The translations under genes were made by a program, and so were the position numbers. A stretch of 64,000 bases of DNA, taken from Spirochaetota bacterium (lineage in GTDB: Bacteria; Spirochaetota; Brevinematia; DTOW01). Shown piece after piece: positions 24,324 through 33,953 of the stretch (positions are counted from its first letter, which is position 1; every line of letters starts with the position of its first letter). A model generated the notes under the pieces. That model saw only the letters and a program-made list of their open reading frames with translations. It did not search any database and had not been told where the DNA came from. The stretch spans positions 76,684-140,683 of the forward strand of contig JANXAC010000001.1 of the NCBI GenBank assembly GCA_025061835.1, read 5' to 3'.

Positions 24324-27300
24324 ATGCCAGTGTTCCTTAAGAAAATAGAACTTTTTGGGTTCAAGTCTTTTCCAGATAGATGTAAGTTAGAATTTAAGTC
24401 GCCTATCACTGCTATAGTAGGACCAAACGGTAGTGGCAAAAGTAATCTGATTGACGCTGTAAGATGGGTTTTGGGGGAGAATAGTATAAAAACGTTAAGA
24501 GGGGATAATTTTGAGGATATTCTATTTTCAGGTTCCCAATACAGACAATCAATGAGTGTTGCTGAAGTTATGTTGTCCTTTGACAACTCTTCAAGAATTC
24601 TGAACATTCCTTCTGACGAAGTGGAAATCCTAAAAAGATACTACAGGTCTGGTGAGGGTAAGATATTCATAAACAGACAAGAAGTAAGAGTTAAGGATGT
24701 TGTGAGCCTTTTTCTGGGAACAGGTTTTGGTAAAGAAGGATATTCCATCGTAGGTCAGGGTGAAGTTGATAAACTAGTAGTAGGAACCCCTCAGGATAAA
24801 AGAAATTATATTGACGAACTACTAGGACTTAGTAAAGTTAAATTCAAAAAGAAAGAAGCAGAACGAAGATTGAACGATATTAGATCTCACATTGAAACAC
24901 TAACAGTAAGACTAGAAACATCAGAAAGGGAATACTCAAGACTAAAAAACGAGGTTGAAAAACTCGGTTTATACAGACAGTTATCTAGGGAACTTGAACA
25001 CCTTGATAAGATACTACTATCAACTAAGGTTAGAGATTATGATGAAGAGTTAAGAAGACTCAATTATGAAAAAAGTTTGATAGAGAAAGAGATACAAGAA
25101 AAAATTAAAATAAAAGAAGAAATAGTCAAATCTCTTGATCTTATTGATAGAACAATTATTCAGGAAAATCTAACTCTATCAAACGACAGAGATATTCTAA
25201 ACCAACTTGAAAAGGATTTGAAAAACAAAGAAATGGATAAGAAATCTCTTGAAGGAAGTTTGGAAACTTCAAAGAGGACTATAACTATACTATCATCTTT
25301 AGTAGAAAAAGAACTTTTAAGAAAAGAAGAACTCATCAGAGAGAAGGATAGACTAGATAATAGTATTCTAGAAATTACTAATAGGATACGGGAAATTGAC
25401 AAAGAGATAGAAAGATTTTCATCTAGTATTACGGAAGTTGAGGTTAATAAGAGAGAACTTGAGAAGAAGAAATACGAGATTAACTCAAAACTTACTATTC
25501 TAAAGGAAGTGTTAAAAGATGTTGAAAGTCTAGAAAATCAACTGATGTGGGCTATCTCAAGACTAGACGAGATAAAAACTTCAATAGAAGAAGCATTTAA
25601 CTACATTTCAAAACTAAATCAAGAAGTAGATAGTAATAAACAAAACATTGATCTTCTAACTAGTGAGATAGTTTCATTAAAGGAAGAACAAAACCAAATA
25701 TCTATGGATATATTAAACACTTCCAACACGATAAAGGATATAGAAAATAATATCCTAAAACTTCAGTCTGTAATTAAGGAATTAACGGTAGAATCGGAAA
25801 AAATGTTTCAAGAATTTTCAAAGAGCATAAGCAGTAGTGCTTTAAAGATTGGTGAATTCATATCTAAGGTTGAAACAACATCGGAGAAAATATGTACTAT
25901 CTGTGATAGTATTCTTAACTCTCCACTAGATACACAGGTTGTCAAAGATCATATCGTAAGTATAAAGAATATGTCTCAAAATCTGAATAACGATATAAAG
26001 ACACTTCCATACCTATCAAGTGCAACAGAGTTTATATCAAAAAAGATAGAAATTGACAGCAAAATTCTAGAATTAAGAAACAACATAGATAACCTGATGC
26101 TTGAATTAGACGTCTGGAAAGATAAACTATCTAAACTCAGAGAAACACAAAGAGAAATAAACTTCCTAATATCTTCTAAAGAAAGTGAGTTTGTGAATTT
26201 TGAGAAGGTAATTAATGAACTTTCAAACCAAATAAAGTTCCAAAGCAAAAGACTTGATAAACTTGAAAGTGAGAAAATAGATTTGGAAACAACAATTAGG
26301 AATATTGAAGACAAGGTCAATAACCTTATTCAGGTAATGAATAGCTTTGGTGTAGGTCTAGACTTCCAAACTTCTAACCTTCGCAGAATTGACGAATACA
26401 GTAGTTTGTTTCAAAGGCTCAAAGAAACTATTAAACTGTTGTTAGAGAGTATAGACTTATCTAATATTGAGGATGAAATACGAAAAGTTGACATACTCCT
26501 GTCGGACCAGAAGAGATATCGTATGGACCTTGAGGCACAAAGAACGATACTACTGTCTGATATAAAGTCTTCACGGAACAGAATAGATGAGATATTAAAA
26601 GAGATTGCTAAAATTGACGATTTCGTCCATAATAAAAAAGCTGAAATGGAAAGAGAGGAAGAAAATATTTGTAACGCTAATATTAACTTGACTTCCCTCA
26701 AATCAATCTTAGATGAGATTTCTACAAAAAGAGATGAACTACTTAAGGTTGTATCTGAAAGGACACACAGGCTCAAAGAATTGAATCAAGAGTATAAAAA
26801 CCTTTTAAGTGAGAAAGACAAAATATCTAGTGAGTTGAGTAGTCTTGAAAAAGGGTTGTTCCAGTTAGACGAGAAAATAGCAGTTTTGAAGAACAGTATT
26901 GAAAACATTAACTCTCAGTGTCTAGAAAGGTATGGTTTAAGTGTTAACGAAATACCAAAGGAAGTTCAAAACAGTGTTGATGGTATGGATATCGACAAAC
27001 TTTCAAAAAGAGTTTCACATTTACGGTCGGAGATTAGGAGGATAGGTTTTGTTGATGAGAATGCTGAAGGTGAGTTTAACAAGGTTAAGGATGAATATGA
27101 GAGGTTGAAATCAAGTTTTGACGATGTGCTTCAGAGTAAGGAGAAACTTGAAAGTATAATAAGTGAGATAAATCTAGAGATTGAAAGAATAGTATCGGAA
27201 TCACTTGACAGAATAAGTGAAGTGATAACTGAGATATTCAAGGAGGTTTTCGGAGGTGGTAGTGTTAAGGTTGATATACATAACGATGACCTTGTTGAAG

Positions 27301-27644
27301 GAGGAATTGAGATAAATGTTAGTTTGCCTGGTAAGAAAGTTAGAAACCTTATGTTACTTTCGGGTGGAGAGAAAGCATTAGTCGGTATAATATTCATCTT
27401 CTCTGCTCTCATACTTAACAATACACCTATTGTTATAATGGATGAAGTTGATGCTCCACTTGACGATGAAAATACTGAAAGGTTTAAAAAGCTCGTTCTA
27501 TCATTCAAAGACAAAACTCAATTCATTATAGTATCTCATAACAAATCTACAATAGAGATATGCCAAGACATATATGGTGTAACTATGGAGGAGAGGGGAG
27601 TATCAAAGATTGTGTCGTATAGGCTGCAGGATGTTATTTTATAA
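24324..27644 (+). CDS. smc: Chromosome segregation SMC-family ATPase with atypical (hinge-less) centre
   Basis: GFKSF, Walker A GPNGSGKSN, Q-loop SIVGQG, long coiled coils, signature LLSGGEK, Walker B/D-loop MDEVDAPLD, QFIIVSH. Confidence 0.92.
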   Translation: MPVFLKKIELFGFKSFPDRCKLEFKSPITAIVGPNGSGKSNLIDAVRWVLGENSIKTLRGDNFEDILFSGSQYRQSMSVAEVMLSFDNSSRILNIPSDEVEILKRYYRSGEGKIFINRQEVRVKDVVSLFLGTGFGKEGYSIVGQGEVDKLVVGTPQDKRNYIDELLGLSKVKFKKKEAERRLNDIRSHIETLTVRLETSEREYSRLKNEVEKLGLYRQLSRELEHLDKILLSTKVRDYDEELRRLNYEKSLIEKEIQEKIKIKEEIVKSLDLIDRTIIQENLTLSNDRDILNQLEKDLKNKEMDKKSLEGSLETSKRTITILSSLVEKELLRKEELIREKDRLDNSILEITNRIREIDKEIERFSSSITEVEVNKRELEKKKYEINSKLTILKEVLKDVESLENQLMWAISRLDEIKTSIEEAFNYISKLNQEVDSNKQNIDLLTSEIVSLKEEQNQISMDILNTSNTIKDIENNILKLQSVIKELTVESEKMFQEFSKSISSSALKIGEFISKVETTSEKICTICDSILNSPLDTQVVKDHIVSIKNMSQNLNNDIKTLPYLSSATEFISKKIEIDSKILELRNNIDNLMLELDVWKDKLSKLRETQREINFLISSKESEFVNFEKVINELSNQIKFQSKRLDKLESEKIDLETTIRNIEDKVNNLIQVMNSFGVGLDFQTSNLRRIDEYSSLFQRLKETIKLLLESIDLSNIEDEIRKVDILLSDQKRYRMDLEAQRTILLSDIKSSRNRIDEILKEIAKIDDFVHNKKAEMEREEENICNANINLTSLKSILDEISTKRDELLKVVSERTHRLKELNQEYKNLLSEKDKISSELSSLEKGLFQLDEKIAVLKNSIENINSQCLERYGLSVNEIPKEVQNSVDGMDIDKLSKRVSHLRSEIRRIGFVDENAEGEFNKVKDEYERLKSSFDDVLQSKEKLESIISEINLEIERIVSESLDRISEVITEIFKEVFGGGSVKVDIHNDDLVEGGIEINVSLPGKKVRNLMLLSGGEKALVGIIFIFSALILNNTPIVIMDEVDAPLDDENTERFKKLVLSFKDKTQFIIVSHNKSTIEICQDIYGVTMEERGVSKIVSYRLQDVIL

Positions 27645-27735
27645 AACACTAGATAAAGATTTAATCAACTTACGACTAATAAAGTCTAAAATTCTCAACT
27701 AGGGTGAGGGTTTTCTTTGGATTATTAGTTTGTAA

Positions 27736-27946
27736 GAGAGTTTGGTAAAAGTTAATATGAAAGAACTTCTTCTTTCCCCGTAAAATAAAGGCAAAGCTAG
27801 GAACAAATAACAAACACAAAAACTACAAATCACTTTATCAAAGACTCTCTACAAGGAGGGTTCAGAATTGACTGAATAAGTTATGAAAACAAGTTATTAA
27901 GAATGCTCTTCAACAAAAAATACCAACTCTTGACCAAACTTCAGTG
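27736..27946 (+). repeat. ~210-bp dispersed non-coding repeat, copy 2
   Basis: Matches reverse complement of 18317-18525. Confidence 0.9.
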
Positions 27947-27955
27947 TAATTTTGT

Positions 27956-27985
27956 TTGAAATGGTATTTAGTTTTACTTCATAAT
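27956..27985 (+). promoter_or_regulatory. Sigma-70-type promoter for rplY-pth-tyrA
   Basis: TTGAAA-N18-CATAAT followed by GAGGTGA SD and ATG 28008. Confidence 0.65.
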
Positions 27986-28007
27986 TTAAAGATGAGGTGA
28001 TAAAATT

Positions 28008-28556
28008 ATGACCTTATCTATAAAAGGATTCATAAGAGACAATCTAGGTAAGGAGAGTTCATCAAAGATAAGAAAGAAAGGTTTTTTACCAGCAGTTATT
28101 TATGGCAAGGGAATTGAAAAAAATATTCATATTTACTTGGATCAACATGAGTTTGAAAAACTGCTACACAAGACTGGTAGAAATAAAATTTTTGAGGTTG
28201 AATTAAATAACGGGAGCAAGTTTAATGTATTCGTTAAAGATTTGCAGATACATCCGTTAAACAGAAACATAATACATGCTGACCTTCAGAGTGTAAATAA
28301 GGATGAAGAAGTTGTAGTTAGTGTCCCAATAGAGTTTGTAGGAGTCTCAAAAGGCACTAGAGTAGGAGGTGTGTTTAGGAAATCACTTTGGTCTCTCAAG
28401 ATAAAAGTCAAGGCAAACCAGATACCTGAAACCATAAAGATAGATGTTTCAGACCTTGACATAGGTGATACTATTGTAGTTTATAAAGTCAAAGATAAGA
28501 TTCCTTACAAGATAGTCAATCATGATAATACCATAATAGCAGGTGTTTATAGTTAA
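28008..28556 (+). CDS. rplY: 50S ribosomal protein L25/Ctc
   Basis: RKKGFLPAVIYG, QIHP..IIHADL, IPETIKIDVSDLDIGD; adjacent to pth. Confidence 0.95.
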   Translation: MTLSIKGFIRDNLGKESSSKIRKKGFLPAVIYGKGIEKNIHIYLDQHEFEKLLHKTGRNKIFEVELNNGSKFNVFVKDLQIHPLNRNIIHADLQSVNKDEEVVVSVPIEFVGVSKGTRVGGVFRKSLWSLKIKVKANQIPETIKIDVSDLDIGDTIVVYKVKDKIPYKIVNHDNTIIAGVYS

Positions 28557-28593
28557 TTTTATACGATACTTTTTGTATGTTTGAGGGGTAACT

Positions 28594-29235
28594 ATGGCTA
28601 AAAGTTATGCTAAGCTTATAGTTGGGCTTGGAAATATAGGATCGCAATACACTTACACTAGACATAATATTGGTTTTATGGCTATTGATGTCCTTGCGAA
28701 GGAGTATAATGTCAAGTTTGATATAAAGAAGAAGAAAAGTGCTTTAGGTATTGCTAAAATAGGTGATAAGAAGGTAGCACTTCTCAAACCTCAAACATAT
28801 ATGAATATAAGCGGTGAGCCAGTGCTATATACTGCTAGTTTTCTGAAGATACCTCCAGAAGATATAATAGTTGTTTGCGATGATGTATCACTACAGGTAG
28901 GGAAGATAAGAATAAGGAAAGAAGGATCTAGCGGAGGTCACAATGGTCTAAAGTCAGTAGCATATTATCTCAAGACAGACCTCTTCCCGAGGATACGAAT
29001 AGGCATAGGCGAACCTCCTGAATATGTTCCACTTGAGAACTGGGTTCTTTCAAACATAACACTGAAAGAATACCAAATCTTGAGTAAAACCTTAAAGGTG
29101 TTTAAGAAAGTTGTTGAGGTTATACTTTTTGAAGGCATAGACTCTGCTATGAACAAGTTCAATGGACTAGAGCCAGAGGATTATGAGGATATACTAGAAT
29201 CATCTGACTTATTCTCCTTCAATCTGGAGGATTAG
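28594..29235 (+). CDS. pth: Peptidyl-tRNA hydrolase
   Basis: LIVGLGN, TRHNIGF, KPQTYMNISG, GGHNGLKS, RIRIGIG. Confidence 0.97.
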   Translation: MAKSYAKLIVGLGNIGSQYTYTRHNIGFMAIDVLAKEYNVKFDIKKKKSALGIAKIGDKKVALLKPQTYMNISGEPVLYTASFLKIPPEDIIVVCDDVSLQVGKIRIRKEGSSGGHNGLKSVAYYLKTDLFPRIRIGIGEPPEYVPLENWVLSNITLKEYQILSKTLKVFKKVVEVILFEGIDSAMNKFNGLEPEDYEDILESSDLFSFNLED

Positions 29236-29236
29236 T

Positions 29237-30076
29237 TTGGTTGATAGGTTGGCTATTGCAGGTCTAGGACTGATAGGTGGTAGTATAGCAATAGCAGTCA
29301 AGAATAAGTATCCTAACTCAAAAATTGTAGGAATAACAAGAAACATTGAGAGTGTAAGAAAGAACAACTTTTCCAAATATTTTGACTTACTTCTTGATTA
29401 TTCAGAACTTGTAGAAACGAGAAACATTGATTTTTGTGTGATATGCTCTCCTGTGTCAACAATACCAGAAGTTTTTAGAACCCTTAAGTCGTATTTTGGA
29501 GTTAGAACAATATTTACAGATGTTGGAAGCGTAAAAGAATGGATCGTAAAAGAGATAAATGATACCAGTTTCATAGGCTCTCACCCGATGGCAGGTAGCG
29601 AAAAATCAGGAATTGAAAATGCTGACCCAAACATATTCTTAAACGCAACATGCGTTGTAACTCCCAAGAATAACTCCGAAGAACAGATAAAAATAGTGTC
29701 TGAATTTTGGAATAACCTAGATATGAACGTCATCTTACTATCTCCTGAAGTTCACGACAAGATCGTATCTCAAACGAGTCATCTAGTACATCTAGTGTCA
29801 TTTGCATTGTCAAAACTACTCTCGCAATCTGAGTTTTCCAAAGACATGTTTTATGGAATATTTGGAAAAGGGCTTATAGATACAACCAGAGTATCCAAAA
29901 GTGATCCTCATCTGTGGATTGATATATTCAAAAGAAATAAGAATAATTTAATAGATGCACTTGAGGATTTCATATCCGTGATCCGAACATTTAGAGACTA
30001 TGTAAAAGTAGAGAACTGGGATACTTTACTAGAGAGCCTTATGAAAGCCAAAAATTTCAGAGATAGTATTAAATGA
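29237..30076 (+). CDS. tyrA: Prephenate/arogenate dehydrogenase
   Basis: GLGLIGGS, TDVGSVK, HPMAGSEKSG, HD..SHLVH; TTG start after GGAGG. Confidence 0.92.
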   Translation: MVDRLAIAGLGLIGGSIAIAVKNKYPNSKIVGITRNIESVRKNNFSKYFDLLLDYSELVETRNIDFCVICSPVSTIPEVFRTLKSYFGVRTIFTDVGSVKEWIVKEINDTSFIGSHPMAGSEKSGIENADPNIFLNATCVVTPKNNSEEQIKIVSEFWNNLDMNVILLSPEVHDKIVSQTSHLVHLVSFALSKLLSQSEFSKDMFYGIFGKGLIDTTRVSKSDPHLWIDIFKRNKNNLIDALEDFISVIRTFRDYVKVENWDTLLESLMKAKNFRDSIK

Positions 30077-31016
30077 AGCCTATCTCCAGTAGTTCTGGTG
30101 ATCTAGTCTTTATTATCTCTTTCATTCTATCAATAGCTCTACTTTCAATCTGTCTAACTCTCTCTTTAGTGAAACCCATTATCTCACCAATCTCTTTTAG
30201 AGAGTATGGCTTTCCGTAGAAACCAAACCTATATTTTATTACTTCTCTTTCTTTTTCAGGTAGTGCCTCAACTATACTTCGTATCTCCTCGGATAAAGCA
30301 TTTCTCATAATAGTCTTCTCTGGATGTTCAACAGTTTGGTTCTCTATATTAAGAATATCACCATAAGTTGCCTCGTTGTCGTCAAACACATTATCATCAA
30401 AAGAAACATAACTTTTGCTTTTTCTGTTCAGCAATATTTGAACATCCTTTTCCTTTATGTTGAGTTCCTTTGATATAGTTTCAACAGATGGTTGAGATCC
30501 ATTCTTCATCTCGTATTCTTTTATAAACTTTTCTATCTTCAGTAACTCATTCGTCCTATTCATAGGGAATCTAACAAGTCTAGACCTTTCTGATATGTAT
30601 TTGAGTATTGACTGCTTTATCCACCAAACTGCGTAGGATATAAAGTGTAGTCCTCTTCTGTAATCAAACTTATCAACAGCAACTATGAGTCCAACATTAC
30701 CCTCACTGATAAGATCAGCAATTGGAATACCGGTATTTATATAACTTTTAGCAACACTTACAACAAACCTTAAATTAGAAAGTATAAGTTTTGCTCTTGC
30801 TTCCTTGTCTCCTTCTGAAGCCCTCTTAGCAAGTTCTATCTCCTCCTCCCTTTTGAGAAGCGGAAACTTTTCAACCGCTTTAAAGTATTTCAAAACAACA
30901 TTTTCACTGTTTGCGCTGCTGTGTCTAGCTTCTTCTAAGATATTGGTTAAATCCTCTTGGATCTTTACAGGATCTTCCGATCCAAAAAAGTTATCCTTAA
31001 TCTTATCTTTTGACAT
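30069..31016 (-). CDS. Sigma-70-family group 1/2-like sigma factor lacking region 1.1 (RpoS-like)
   Basis: Region 1.2 PLLKREEEIELA, region 2 NLRFVVSVAK..DLISEGNVGL..FISYAVWWIKQSI, region 4 SLKEIG..TKERVRQIE. Confidence 0.92.
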   Translation of the reverse strand: MSKDKIKDNFFGSEDPVKIQEDLTNILEEARHSSANSENVVLKYFKAVEKFPLLKREEEIELAKRASEGDKEARAKLILSNLRFVVSVAKSYINTGIPIADLISEGNVGLIVAVDKFDYRRGLHFISYAVWWIKQSILKYISERSRLVRFPMNRTNELLKIEKFIKEYEMKNGSQPSVETISKELNIKEKDVQILLNRKSKSYVSFDDNVFDDNEATYGDILNIENQTVEHPEKTIMRNALSEEIRSIVEALPEKEREVIKYRFGFYGKPYSLKEIGEIMGFTKERVRQIESRAIDRMKEIIKTRSPELLEIGFI

Positions 31017-31042
31017 AAAGTCCCTCTTTTATCTTCAATATA

Positions 31043-31059
31043 TACAAATACTGTGCCAA
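31043..31059 (-). promoter_or_regulatory. Putative sigma-54 (-24/-12) promoter for the RpoS-like gene
   Basis: Minus strand TTGGCAC-AGTAT-TTGTA versus consensus TGGCAC-N5-TTGC(A); predicted TSS ~31032 lies just ahead of the AGAGGGA SD and ATG at 31016. Confidence 0.7.
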
Positions 31060-31136
31060 GTTTTCAGTCAATCTTCCTAAATACATTTGTAAATACCTAT
31101 CCAATATTTCGCTCAAAAAAACAAGTCAGTTTAAAT

Positions 31137-31177
31137 TGTATAAAAAATATCCATATATGATGGATAAAAATTATACA
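31137..31177. promoter_or_regulatory. Symmetric interrupted palindrome (candidate enhancer/UAS or nadE terminator)
   Basis: TGTATAA-N4-TATCCAT-N5-ATGGATA-N4-TTATACA. Confidence 0.5.
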
Positions 31178-31203
31178 TATAGAAGAAACTACTAATTAAG
31201 TAT

Positions 31204-32940
31204 CTATGAGTATTTAAACTGATTGGTAATAGGATATCGTCTGTCTTTACCAAATGATCTAGGTGTTATTTTAGTCCCTATTGGTGCTTGACGGCGTTTA
31301 TATTCGTTTTTATCTACTACTTCTATAACATGCTTAATGAGTTTTATGTCAATACCAGTTTCTTCCGAGATTTCAGTAGGTGATTGTTCAGCCTCTAGGT
31401 ATCTTTTCAGAATTTTATCCAACATATGATATGGTGGGAGAGTGTCTTCATCTTTTTGGTTTTCTCTAAGTTCTGCGGTTGGTGGGCGCTCTATTATACT
31501 TCTAGGTATTATATCAAAACCCTCTTTTCTATTTATATACTCAACTAATCTATAAACTGTAGTTTTGTAGATATCTTTTATCAGTGCAAATCCTCCTACC
31601 ATATCCCCGTATAGTGTTGAGTATCCCATGCTTAACTCACTTTTGTTCCCAGTTGATACTACAAGCCATCCAAACTTATTTGACAGTGCCATCAGGATAT
31701 TACCTCTAATTCTTGCTTGAAGGTTCTCTTCAGTTATATCCCAAGGCTTATCTTCAAATGAAGTCTGTAGTTCCGAGAGGTATGATTTAAAAATATTCTC
31801 AATTGACAGTTCAATGTATCTTATACCTAGATTTTCACAAACCTTCTTCGCATCATTTCTTGTCCCTTCTGAAGAAAATCTTGATGGCATACTTACACCA
31901 ATAACATTATCTTTACCTAGCGCCTTAGCGCATAGGTAAGCAACTAGAGCAGAATCAATACCTCCACTAACACCTAAAACAACTTTACAAAAGTTATTCT
32001 TTGAAACATAATCTTTTATACTCAACAGCAGTGCTTGAATTATTTCTTCTTCCTCTGGTTGTTCTTCATGCTTAAAATAGAAGTATTTCCTATCTGTATT
32101 ATTCTTCAGTTTGTAGTCAAGAAGTATGTATTCGACATCATATGTTTGTCTATATCTCTCTGTTAGGAACCTATACCTTGGGTCTAATAGTCTTCTAGAT
32201 GTCATTTCTTCACTTTGAATATCCACTACTACCAGGTCTTCTTCAAAGGATTTAGCCTTCACTAATATGTTGCCATCCGGTGATATTACTAGGCTATTTC
32301 CATCAAATACTAGTTCATCCTGACCACCAACAAGATTTGTGTATGTCACTAAAACTCTATAGTCTCTCGCTCTGGTCTTCAGCATTTCAATTCTTTCATT
32401 TCCCTTTCTGATGTGGTAAGGAGAAGAAGATATATTCATAAGTATGTCGGCATAACCTTTTACGACTTCATCAAGTATTACACCTTCGGGATACCATATA
32501 TCTTCACAGATATTGATACCTATCTTTACTCTTCCCTCATCTACACCCACAACAAGCCCTTTGTTACCTTCACCAAAGTATCTTTTCTCATCAAAAACAC
32601 CATAGTTAGGTAACCTCGTTTTATTGTAAATGTATATCCTGCCGTTATAGACAATACCCGCTGAATTGTAGAGTATATCATTCTCAAGGTTAACGAAACC
32701 AAAGACTAGTATTATGTTTTTTACTTCCTCTTTCAATTTATCTACATACCCAAGTTGCAGATGTACAAAAGATCTGTTTGTAAGAAGATCCTCTGGTGGA
32801 TAACCAGTTAAGGATAACTCCGGAAACGAAACGATATCACATCCTTCATCTAACGCTTTGTTTGTGTAGGTAATAATCCTTTTGTAGTTATATTCAATAT
32901 TACCGACAATAGTATCTATTTGTGCTAATCCTATTCTCAT
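31204..32940 (-). CDS. nadE: Glutamine-dependent NAD+ synthetase
   Basis: Nitrilase domain (FPELSLTGYPPEDL, K..LPNYGVFDE, ICEDIW) plus synthetase domain (SGGIDS, ENLQARIRG, TGNKSE, KRRQAP). Confidence 0.97.
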   Translation of the reverse strand: MRIGLAQIDTIVGNIEYNYKRIITYTNKALDEGCDIVSFPELSLTGYPPEDLLTNRSFVHLQLGYVDKLKEEVKNIILVFGFVNLENDILYNSAGIVYNGRIYIYNKTRLPNYGVFDEKRYFGEGNKGLVVGVDEGRVKIGINICEDIWYPEGVILDEVVKGYADILMNISSSPYHIRKGNERIEMLKTRARDYRVLVTYTNLVGGQDELVFDGNSLVISPDGNILVKAKSFEEDLVVVDIQSEEMTSRRLLDPRYRFLTERYRQTYDVEYILLDYKLKNNTDRKYFYFKHEEQPEEEEIIQALLLSIKDYVSKNNFCKVVLGVSGGIDSALVAYLCAKALGKDNVIGVSMPSRFSSEGTRNDAKKVCENLGIRYIELSIENIFKSYLSELQTSFEDKPWDITEENLQARIRGNILMALSNKFGWLVVSTGNKSELSMGYSTLYGDMVGGFALIKDIYKTTVYRLVEYINRKEGFDIIPRSIIERPPTAELRENQKDEDTLPPYHMLDKILKRYLEAEQSPTEISEETGIDIKLIKHVIEVVDKNEYKRRQAPIGTKITPRSFGKDRRYPITNQFKYS

Positions 32941-33953
32941 AAGTGCTTTTTTAATTCTTCTAATACTCTCTTTTCAACTTCCTCAACACCTAGTGACAGA
33001 TCAAATGTAACACCAGATGCATTTTTATGTCCCCCACCACCAAGTTTCTTCGCTACCTCTGAAACATCAAAATTACCTTTGCTTCTTAAAGCAACTGATA
33101 TTAATCCTCTCTCTACCTTTTCCTTTATGGTGAAATACACAACACAATCCTTTATCCTACCTATATCCTCAACGACAGGTTCTGTTTCATTATCGGATAC
33201 ACCATACTTTTTCATCATCTCATTTGTTATTACAACCCAAACTATCTTGCTATCACAACACGCTTTGATATTCAGAAAGACTTCTCCCTCAAACTTTATG
33301 AAGTTCAGAGATTTGTTTTGGAACATTGCCATTGTGAAGAACGATGGTTTTATACCAGTCTTGAGTAATTCCGAAGCAATTATGTGTGTATACGGTCTAA
33401 CCGAATCAAACCTAAACGAACCACTATCACCTACAATAGCAGGATAGATAAGCATAGCAAGATCCTTATCTATCTCTACTCCTAGAGATTTTGCTATGTT
33501 ATACACTATTTCTCCAGTTCCGACTACTTCAAGTTCAACTAGATTGTAATCGCCAAACATATCGTTGTCATGATGGTGGTCTATATTTACAACTGTCTTA
33601 AATTGAGATATGAGTTTCTGAAAGGTTTTACCTATTCTTTTCTTCTCACCACTGTCAAGGACTACTAGAACATAGTTAGATAGATCTATATTATTCAGTT
33701 CTTCAACCCCCTTTATACTGTCCCAAGTTGGTATGAATGAGAATATCCTTTCAAAAACCTCTTTTCTCTCTTCGCTAACCACTAAAACTTCTTTTTTACC
33801 GAGTTTTTTGAGTATATAGGAGAGCGAGAGAGATGAACCAACAGCATCGTAGTCTGGATTTACGTGAAAGGTTATAACAAACTTATCTTCCTTTTTTAGT
33901 ATTTCCTTTATGTCTTCAATAGTCGAATTTGCGATCCTATCATTTACTATCAT
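32937..33953 (-). CDS. nrnA: DHH/DHHA1 oligoribonuclease/PAP phosphatase
   Basis: HVNPDYDAVGS, NIDHH, GDSGSF, GGGGHKNASG; follows rbfA. Confidence 0.92.
   Translation of the reverse strand: MIVNDRIANSTIEDIKEILKKEDKFVITFHVNPDYDAVGSSLSLSYILKKLGKKEVLVVSEERKEVFERIFSFIPTWDSIKGVEELNNIDLSNYVLVVLDSGEKKRIGKTFQKLISQFKTVVNIDHHHDNDMFGDYNLVELEVVGTGEIVYNIAKSLGVEIDKDLAMLIYPAIVGDSGSFRFDSVRPYTHIIASELLKTGIKPSFFTMAMFQNKSLNFIKFEGEVFLNIKACCDSKIVWVVITNEMMKKYGVSDNETEPVVEDIGRIKDCVVYFTIKEKVERGLISVALRSKGNFDVSEVAKKLGGGGHKNASGVTFDLSLGVEEVEKRVLEELKKHL

Noticed and set aside
24302..27514. Ser/Leu/Phe-rich minus-strand ORFs opposite smc (and similar ones opposite other genes)
   Set aside because: Expected antisense products of Glu/Lys-rich codons; no motifs or SD
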